A DNA stretch of 64,000 bases from Candidatus Heimdallarchaeota archaeon. GTDB taxonomy: Archaea; Asgardarchaeota; Heimdallarchaeia; Hodarchaeales; Hodarchaeaceae. Under the pieces are notes generated by a model. It was not told where the DNA came from and did no database searches. It saw nothing but the letters and a program-made list of their open reading frames with translations. Positions 56,773-64,000 of the stretch are shown here, piece after piece. Numbering within the stretch: position 1 is the stretch's first letter; every line of letters starts with the position of its first letter. The stretch is from the NCBI GenBank assembly GCA_011364965.1, contig RDOB01000006.1, positions 64,001-128,000 of the forward strand, given 5' to 3'. The translations under genes were made by a program, and so were the position numbers.

Positions 56773-57726
56773 ATGAACCCATTAATGGAAAAACACACGC
56801 TCCCCGCACGAGATCAGATTTTAAGCTATCTGAGAAGAAATCGCGGAAAAGAAGTCCCTGTTTCTGAACTCGCTTCTAATCTCAATCTTAAACGCTCAAC
56901 AATATCTAATGCTATAAAAGAACTTAATTTACAAGGTCACATCGAAATTGAACGTCGATCCCTAAAGCGAGGCCGGTATACTGTTGTTTATTTAACTGGA
57001 GATTTAATACAAGAATCCTACGTTCATAAAAATGAAATTATAAAGATTAAAAGAGAGTCGAAGTATAAAAAACAAGAAAAAAGGGTTCCTCTTTTAGAAA
57101 TGTCTTTTATTAATGAAATGATTTATATCCTCAAGTCTCCAGATTATAATCCAGAAAAATTCTTTGAAAAAATTGAATCTAGGTTTCCTAAAAGTATTGA
57201 ATTTATTACAGATTTTGTTACACCATTAATGCATGAGGTCGGAATAGGATGGACTCAAACCAACCTCTCAACTGCTGAGGAACATATAATCTCTAATCGC
57301 GTTGAGGAGCTCATCATTGCAAGAATGCCGATAAATGGGGACAATCAGGAGAAAGGAACAATAATTTTAGTACCAGTGGAAGGGGAAAGGCATGTTATCA
57401 GTTTATTGTCTCTCGAATATATATTTAGAGATTTAGATTACAAAATAATTAATCTTGGAAGATCTCTTCCCATTGAATCATTGGTTCAATATATTAAAGA
57501 TTTACCTGACTTACCTGACTGGATATTTATGTCTATCACACTCCCTACATATCTTGGAACCATAAGAAGAAATCTGGATTATTTACATGATGTTTTTAAA
57601 GACCAAATTCACTTCGCTATAGGAGGACAGGGTATATCAGAGAATGAACGAAATTTTTTTCCTCTGGCAGACATTGTTTCCATTACCAAAGAGGATTTAT
57701 TGAATTTTATTGATATTATGAATTAA
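56773..57726 (+). CDS. Cobalamin-binding transcriptional regulator (CarH/LitR-like) with a non-MerR wHTH
   Basis: N-terminal wHTH (VSELASNLNLKRSTISNAIKEL); W-x9-EH (WTQTNLSTAEEH); EGERH B12 motif; NLG, SIT, IGGQG. Confidence 0.85.
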   Translation: MNPLMEKHTLPARDQILSYLRRNRGKEVPVSELASNLNLKRSTISNAIKELNLQGHIEIERRSLKRGRYTVVYLTGDLIQESYVHKNEIIKIKRESKYKKQEKRVPLLEMSFINEMIYILKSPDYNPEKFFEKIESRFPKSIEFITDFVTPLMHEVGIGWTQTNLSTAEEHIISNRVEELIIARMPINGDNQEKGTIILVPVEGERHVISLLSLEYIFRDLDYKIINLGRSLPIESLVQYIKDLPDLPDWIFMSITLPTYLGTIRRNLDYLHDVFKDQIHFAIGGQGISENERNFFPLADIVSITKEDLLNFIDIMN

Positions 57727-57765
57727 AAGGGTGAAAAACTATTTCTAAAGTCCAATTAAGAAAAT

Positions 57766-59109
57766 GTGATCGGATCACTTAGGGGGAATTTAATGTTAAA
57801 TTACAATAATAATCGACAATCCAAAGCAATTATGGTCTTATTTTTAGCAGTTTTCGTCGACCTGCTCGAATTTGGGATTATAATTCCCCTCTTACCATTT
57901 TGGGCTCTAAATTTGGGAGCAACACCGTTTATTTATGGTGTTTTAACCAGCTTATATTCTTTCATGAGTTTTGCTTTAGCTCCTGTTTGGGGAAGGTTTT
58001 CAGATAAATATGGAAGACGTCCAGTAATCTTAGCTGGATTGATTGGAACTGTGGTAGGTCTTTTGTTGTTAGTACTTGCAGCTTCTGTATTTACTGACTC
58101 TTTAATTTTAATTTTCTTTTCACGAATTGTAGGAGGATTTTTCACTGCAGCAACCTTACCCACGAGTCAAGCATACATTTCAGATATGACCACAGGGAAA
58201 GATCGAGCTAGAGGATTTGGGTTACTTGGTGCAGCTTTTGGTCTAGGATTCGCAACGGGTCCTGCAATTGGTGGTATTCTAACAGAAATAGGAGGATATT
58301 TGTTACCTTCGGTGTTTGCTACTCTTATTGCACTAATTAATTTATTCGCTGCAATTAAATACCTTCCCGAATCGTTAACTGATGAAACTAGAAGACAATA
58401 TCAAAATAGAAAACTAATACTATCCGAAGATGGCAGAAATTCAATTAAGAGTATTTTAATAAATAATCCCTTAATAAGCCTAAGTATTTTTCTATTTGCG
58501 TTAATCTCTTTTGCATTTTCTAAAATGCAAACAACTTTAGCATTATTAGGAGAAATCCGATTTGGATTAAATGAATCACTGACTGGAGCAGTTTTCTTTG
58601 TTGTTGGATTAATAGTGGTAATTACTCAAGGAGGTTTAATACGTCCGCTAACAGGAAGATTTTCTGATTCGGCGCTTTTTACTTTCGGTCTATTCTTCCT
58701 TACAATTGGTTTTCTTGGTCTAAGTACAGTTAGATCTCTTACTGAAATGATCATATGGATTATTCCTTTATCAGTTGGATCATCAATATCAAACCCAACT
58801 TTAGGAGCTTTTTTATCGAAAAGGACTCCTTCCAAAAGTTCAGGAACGATTTTAGGTTTGAATCAAGGAATAGGATCACTTATGCGAGTTATCGGGCCAC
58901 TAATCGGAACTGCACTTTTTGAGATCAATGAGGCATTTCCATATTATCTGGGAGCTGTTGTGTTGTGTGCTGGGTTTGTTTTAGCTTTTAATATATGGTT
59001 TAAGTCTAAGAAAGAAATTCGGTACAGTCCATGTATAAATTGCGGCTTACAATTGCGTGAAGGGACAGCAGCTTGTTCTCAATGCGGAATTTCTAAATCT
59101 AACAAATAA
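57766..59109 (+). CDS. MFS transporter (TetA/DHA1-like) with C-terminal Zn ribbon
   Basis: GRFSDKYGRRP, AYISD, GLGFATGPAIGG, LPES; CINC...CSQC tail. Confidence 0.88.
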   Translation: MIGSLRGNLMLNYNNNRQSKAIMVLFLAVFVDLLEFGIIIPLLPFWALNLGATPFIYGVLTSLYSFMSFALAPVWGRFSDKYGRRPVILAGLIGTVVGLLLLVLAASVFTDSLILIFFSRIVGGFFTAATLPTSQAYISDMTTGKDRARGFGLLGAAFGLGFATGPAIGGILTEIGGYLLPSVFATLIALINLFAAIKYLPESLTDETRRQYQNRKLILSEDGRNSIKSILINNPLISLSIFLFALISFAFSKMQTTLALLGEIRFGLNESLTGAVFFVVGLIVVITQGGLIRPLTGRFSDSALFTFGLFFLTIGFLGLSTVRSLTEMIIWIIPLSVGSSISNPTLGAFLSKRTPSKSSGTILGLNQGIGSLMRVIGPLIGTALFEINEAFPYYLGAVVLCAGFVLAFNIWFKSKKEIRYSPCINCGLQLREGTAACSQCGISKSNK

Positions 59110-59117
59110 TAAGAAAT

Positions 59118-59258
59118 TTACTCCAATTCAAGATTTTCAAGTAATTTTTATTTTCCAGTTTATTTTTGCCTTACTTTTTCTAAAACAATTGCTTCTTTAA
59201 TTCGTATCTCATTTGACCAAGTAGTTCCATCAATAAACCAATCCTGAGGATCCCAAGA
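59118..59258 (-). pseudogene. Decayed 3' remnant of a paralog of 59338..60375
   Basis: SWDPQDWFIDGTTWSNEIRIKEAIVLEKVRQK*TGK*KLLENLELE* aligns with IWIPTDRFVEGITWSTEMRTKGAEVLEIVKDEEKKVFDLLDQVEM. Confidence 0.75.
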
Positions 59259-59337
59259 TTAATATCCACATCAAACGATATCAACACTGTTTCTGAAGTA
59301 TATTCTTTTAATGAGAATTATTGATTTAATGAAATAA

Positions 59338-60375
59338 TCACATTTCTACTTGATCTAAAAGATCGAATACCTTTTTCTCTTCATCTTTTACGATTTCTAA
59401 AACTTCCGCACCTTTGGTTCGCATTTCGGTTGACCAAGTTATCCCCTCAACAAAACGATCCGTTGGGATCCAAATTCTGTTCTCTTTTTCTTTTACCCAA
59501 AATTTGAATGGAAAATAGATCCAATTCTCAAATAAAATACTTTTTATATCCTCTAATGTTTCTGCAGCTTCTTTGATTACCTCTGCATCTGATTTACTGA
59601 ACTCTGGACAAACTCGGTTGAGATATTCAGCAGCTGCATGCCTAGCGTCTATTAAAGAGCTATAAATCCACGCATTCACATGCCATCGAAAATTAAATTT
59701 CTCTTCATCCAATTCAGTTATCTTCTCTTCATCCCTGAGCTCCTTGATCCAATATTCATACGCTTTAAGACCGCATGTATAATGAGTATTTATTGTATTG
59801 GTATAAAATAGTTTTACTGCATTCTTCAATGAGTTGTAAATACTATCTAGTAGTATGGGCGCTTCTTTATTTGGTTTCATTGTCATAATAATCCAAGGAA
59901 AGTTCTTTGCAATTGAATAATCTTTAGATGTATCATGATACGTTCTTCCAAGGAGTTTATCATCTTCAAATCCAGTGATAACTCCCCAATCAGGTGGAGA
60001 GATTAAATCAATGGCAAGTACTGGCCTATTGTCTGTAATTTCCTTCTGAATAATTTTTAACATCTTTTTCTTATTGAAGTCAGTCTTATTTTGCTGTTTT
60101 TTACCTTCTTCTAATAAATGATAGAATCTAAAATCATAACCGAACGCATTTGCAATATATTCAGGATAGGGACCAATTGAGTCATCAGGTGAACTAGGAC
60201 ACCAAGAAGTGTGAAACTTAAGGTTAAATGCTGCTGTAGACAATCCCATTAAGTCAAAGTAATCATAAGGTTCCCCCAAAAATTGTAAAGCAACTGTCAT
60301 TGCACCAAAAAATGTGCTTTCCATGCTGCTACCCCATTTCAAAGGAGCGATACTACGAAGAATTTTGGTAGTCAA
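59338..60375 (-). CDS. Hypothetical protein, BtrH-N/papain-like fold suspected
   Basis: LGEPYDYFDLMGLSTAAF, I..NRPVLA, DWGVITGF; no obvious catalytic Cys. Confidence 0.6.
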   Translation of the reverse strand: MTTKILRSIAPLKWGSSMESTFFGAMTVALQFLGEPYDYFDLMGLSTAAFNLKFHTSWCPSSPDDSIGPYPEYIANAFGYDFRFYHLLEEGKKQQNKTDFNKKKMLKIIQKEITDNRPVLAIDLISPPDWGVITGFEDDKLLGRTYHDTSKDYSIAKNFPWIIMTMKPNKEAPILLDSIYNSLKNAVKLFYTNTINTHYTCGLKAYEYWIKELRDEEKITELDEEKFNFRWHVNAWIYSSLIDARHAAAEYLNRVCPEFSKSDAEVIKEAAETLEDIKSILFENWIYFPFKFWVKEKENRIWIPTDRFVEGITWSTEMRTKGAEVLEIVKDEEKKVFDLLDQVEM

Positions 60376-60506
60376 TTAATATGCCTTCATATTATAAGTA
60401 ATGTAGATATAACAAAAGCCCTTTATAATGATTTTTACAGGATACCATATTTATGGTATAGCATTTTGTACGCTTAAATGGAATATTAGATGAGAGGAAT
60501 CACCGT

Positions 60507-62051
60507 ATGAATCCCAAAATTAGTCAAAAGTCTAGTTTCGCTCCTACTATGTTTTATAAGGAAAGAATGGGTGGATTGCTTCTTCATATTACTAGTTTAC
60601 CGGGAAAATACGGAATCGGTGATATTGGCTATGAATTTTACAAGATTATCAATTTTTTAAATAAATATGGCATGAAAATACTTCAAATACTACCCCTAGG
60701 TCCAACAGGTTACGGAAACTCCCCTTACTCAAGTATATCAGCATTTGCTGGTAATTCTCTTCTTATTAGTCCTGATCTTCTTCGAGAAGAAAATTTATTA
60801 TCTTCAAAAGAATGTGTACCTCCAAGATTTCCAGCAACTAGTGTTGACTTCGAAGCAGTGATTCCTTTCAAGAATGAGTTGTTAAAAACAGCAAATGAGA
60901 AATTTAAAGAGCAGTCAGGTACACTCTTGAAAAAGAGATATGTGAAATTTCTAACCGATGAATCTTTCTGGCTAGATGATTTTGCTTTATATATGTCCAT
61001 TAAGGATGCATATAATCAGAAAGAGTGGAGTAAATGGGATATTGCATTAAAGAAACGAAACTCCAACGCTCTAAAGGACTGGGAAAGAACTCATAAGGGT
61101 GAAATTGACTTCTACAAATTCTCACAATTTATTTTTGTCGAACAATGGGCTAAAGCAAAGAAATATGCCAATGAGAAAAATATTTGGATTATTGGTGACA
61201 TTCCTCTTTATTGTGCATATGATTCTGTAGATGTTTGGGCAAATTCTGAATTATTTCACTTAAATGAAGAAAAAGAGTTGAAATTTGTAGCTGGTGTTCC
61301 TCCAGATTATTTCTCTGCTACAGGCCAGCGCTGGGGAAATCCAATTTACAATTGGGAAAAAATAAAAGAACAAAAGTTTGGTTGGTGGGTCAAACGAATC
61401 AAACATCTTTTCAGATTTATTGATGCTCTTCGTATTGACCATTTTCGAGGATTAGAATCTTATTGGCAGATTCCTGCAGCAGAACCAACAGCTATCGTTG
61501 GAACATGGAGATCTGGGCCAGGGAAAGAGTTCTTTAAAGCTTTGGAAAACGAATTAGGAACTTTAGCGATAATAGCAGAGGATTTGGGGATAGTAACACC
61601 AGAGGTTGATAATTTGAGAGAAATTACTGGTTTCCCTGGGATGAGGGTTTTACAGTTCGCATTTGCTGATCAAGGTGAAGGAGGATATTGTAAAAATCCA
61701 TATCTTCCTCATAATTATGAAAAAAATACAGTTGTTTATACAGGAACCCATGATAATGCACCAACAAGAACTTGGTTCAAGAATGCATCAGATGATGTAA
61801 AAAACCACATATATGAATATATTAATCCTCGCATCGATGATATATGTGGAGAGATGATGAAACTTGCCTGGGCTTCAGTTGCTCATCATGCAATCGTTCC
61901 TCTCCAAGATTTACTAAGATTAGGTGTGGAATCACGAATGAACTTACCAGGAACTGGTGAGAGAAATTGGGAATGGCGTTTTACTTGGGATCAATTAACT
62001 GATGCTCATGGAAAAGAGATTCAGAGATTAAATAGACTTTACTGTCGTTAA
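60507..62051 (+). CDS. malQ: 4-alpha-glucanotransferase (amylomaltase, GH77)
   Basis: LHITSLPG, QILPLGP, GVPPDYFS.TGQRWGNP, RIDHFRG, AEDLG, YTGTHDN, RMNLPG. Confidence 0.95.
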   Translation: MNPKISQKSSFAPTMFYKERMGGLLLHITSLPGKYGIGDIGYEFYKIINFLNKYGMKILQILPLGPTGYGNSPYSSISAFAGNSLLISPDLLREENLLSSKECVPPRFPATSVDFEAVIPFKNELLKTANEKFKEQSGTLLKKRYVKFLTDESFWLDDFALYMSIKDAYNQKEWSKWDIALKKRNSNALKDWERTHKGEIDFYKFSQFIFVEQWAKAKKYANEKNIWIIGDIPLYCAYDSVDVWANSELFHLNEEKELKFVAGVPPDYFSATGQRWGNPIYNWEKIKEQKFGWWVKRIKHLFRFIDALRIDHFRGLESYWQIPAAEPTAIVGTWRSGPGKEFFKALENELGTLAIIAEDLGIVTPEVDNLREITGFPGMRVLQFAFADQGEGGYCKNPYLPHNYEKNTVVYTGTHDNAPTRTWFKNASDDVKNHIYEYINPRIDDICGEMMKLAWASVAHHAIVPLQDLLRLGVESRMNLPGTGERNWEWRFTWDQLTDAHGKEIQRLNRLYCR

Positions 62052-62053
62052 GA

Positions 62054-62640
62054 TTATTTTATTTCTATATTAAATTTAGAAATCACTTGAAATAGGGAAT
62101 CACTCAGATTATTCAATTCTTCCGCTGTTGCTGATAATTGACTCATGGAGGCTGTCTGTTCCTCTATTCCTGCAGCAACTTCCTCTGAAGATGCACTGAA
62201 TTCCTCTGATTGCGCAGCGAAATTTTGGAATGCTTCCTGTAATTCATTGACGTTTTTCATAAAATTATCAATCATAAACTGGTTTATGACGCGATATCCT
62301 CCACGCTTATCTTTGTACCCTCTGCTAAACGTCGAGTACTGCTCGTGACGACTGCAAAACCTCGCTCAGAGTCACCAGCTCTTACTGCTTCAATAGCTAT
62401 GTTGAGGACAAGAATGTTAGTCTGACTTGATATGTCACCAATCATTCAGAGGTGGCTCCGATATCCTGTAACGATTTTTTGAGTAATTCCAATGTAAGAC
62501 TTACATCTTTGAACCTTTTTTCTGCGAGCTCTGTTTAAGATGAAGCTCCCCTGCTGATTTGCAAAATTGTAACAGAACTTTCTTCAGAGAGCGCATTGAC
62601 TTCTTTTATTGTCTCTACTAATCATTTGACTGATGTTATA
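62054..62640 (-). pseudogene. Methyl-accepting chemotaxis protein remnant
   Basis: Signalling tip [38 protein letters not shown] (about 62290-62445) ends in TAA; the C-terminal methylation helix SEEFSASSEEVAAGIEEQTAS is a separate ORF; upstream boundary approximate. Confidence 0.8.
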
Positions 62641-62828
62641 ATATTTATTGCCACAAAAACATCAAGTCCTTTCACAGCAAATTTTTTCATTTGATCATAG
62701 AATGACACTTCTGTTGAGTAGTTCATGTTCTCGTACCTTCTTCCATCCTCTTTATTCAATCAAACACTCAAGGATATTCTCACTTAAATATTTAGTCTTA
62801 AAAATGAACATAAAGGAATTATTTCCAA

Positions 62829-63248
62829 ATGAAAAATATGTACTTTGCATTTATGCAAAGGAGTATTAATGTCGAATCTAGAACAAGTGGTGAGATAGAG
62901 TTGAGTGATGATAACCTAGAAGAGATTAAAACAGATCCAATTCAAAAGGAAATAATCGGAGAGCTCGCTAAGCTAATCTCTCAAAAATTAAATCTTAGAG
63001 AAATGGTTGTGAAAGGATTTTTATGGCGCGGGCTTAGAGAATGGCAAATTTCTCATGGCATAACTCACCAGCAGACCGAGGATGGGCTTCGTAGTTCGCC
63101 ACGAAAGCGGATGGAACAAATGACGGAAATATTGGAGCTGTTTGAAAAACAAGTAGTTAAAATTTTGAGTTCTGAAAAATCCAATGAATTGGATCATACA
63201 TTAAAGAGTGCCCTTCAAATGTATGAAGAGAAATATGCAAATCGATGA
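62829..63248 (+). CDS. Hypothetical helical protein
   Basis: 139-aa ORF with typical composition; no motif recognised. Confidence 0.6.
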   Translation: MKNMYFAFMQRSINVESRTSGEIELSDDNLEEIKTDPIQKEIIGELAKLISQKLNLREMVVKGFLWRGLREWQISHGITHQQTEDGLRSSPRKRMEQMTEILELFEKQVVKILSSEKSNELDHTLKSALQMYEEKYANR

Positions 63249-63397
63249 AGACACCTTTATTTGATGTCTTTTTTAACTATTGATTTTGCTTTTTGCCGAT
63301 ACTTATCAATCTACTGATATCGCTCTTAATTTTGCCAAGAATACAAGTTATAAAAACTTGTATGCTGATGAGTAACCAGAAGTGACATAGGTTAAGT

Positions 63398-63670
63398 GTG
63401 GTAAAATATATGAGCGATAAGAAGGAAATTCATGGGGGATATGGATTCGGGCTGGGAAAAATAAGTCAAAAAAAGCTCAAAGGGGTTTCCTCCTCCAAAG
63501 AAGCTTTTGATGAACATTTACTTCATAAAGATTTAGAACGAATTAAGAATAATGGTAAATCATCTCGTGTTTTGGAATTAGAGCGTGTTTATACTGGACC
63601 CAACATGCGTAAGGAACGAGATCAATTTCGCTCAAAAGCTTGTTCCTATATATTATTCAAATATTTTTAA
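63398..63670 (+). CDS. Hypothetical protein
   Basis: 90-aa ORF, likely start MSDKKE. Confidence 0.45.
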   Translation: MVKYMSDKKEIHGGYGFGLGKISQKKLKGVSSSKEAFDEHLLHKDLERIKNNGKSSRVLELERVYTGPNMRKERDQFRSKACSYILFKYF

Positions 63671-64000
63671 TGAATCAGAATATAACGGTTAAGAGGACGA
63701 AGAGGGGAGAGAGGTATATTTTTTTAAAATCTGATAAAGCTACTGTTTTTTAATTGCACTTATCTTAGTATTTATTTATTTTAACCACATTTCGGGATTT
63801 ATGCGAAAAACCGTAATTATCATTAGATTAACCATACTCTTCCTATTTCTCTCTTATTCGGTTGAAAATTTTAAAATTAAATCAATAACAGAAAATAATG
63901 GCTCGATTAATCAGTTGAGGATCTCTTCTCCTAGAAATCAAGGATTAAGTGAAGATATCATCACCAATATGCTTGAGGGTATAAATCAAAGCTTAATAAA

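Overview
Low-GC archaeal chromosomal window. It is most likely an Asgard archaeon (Heimdallarchaeia-like). This is inferred from MfnA, DUF355, a Hef-like helicase, VCP/CDC48 paralogs, PGF-like C-terminal sorting signals and Zn-ribbon-tailed membrane proteins. It holds about 55 CDSs and shows no rRNA, tRNA, CRISPR array or recognisable transposase. Main blocks: a CoA-transferase pair; pyruvate kinase plus two tandem CDC48/VCP-like AAA+ ATPases whose D1 Walker B motifs are both degenerate; a nucleoside ABC uptake and salvage locus with a fused double permease; thiolase-like/DUF35/cupin genes and a GK5-like kinase; a compact cassette (39.1-43.3 kb) with a secreted proline-rich micropeptide precursor, a duplication-derived 41-aa mini-ORF, a PAS-HisKA pseudo-kinase, a tandem GNAT and a divergent double-Lrp/wHTH regulator, which is a candidate peptide-signalling system; and a light/UV-stress island (crtI, crtY, crtB, B12-binding CarH-like regulator, Rieske oxygenase, UvsE, photolyase, MsrA, TspO-like) with a candidate operator repeated upstream of crtB and the regulator. 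Several pseudogene remnants are also present (YgbA-like, beta-propeller surface protein, MCP, a paralog tail). All family calls come from motif recognition by eye; no database search was run.
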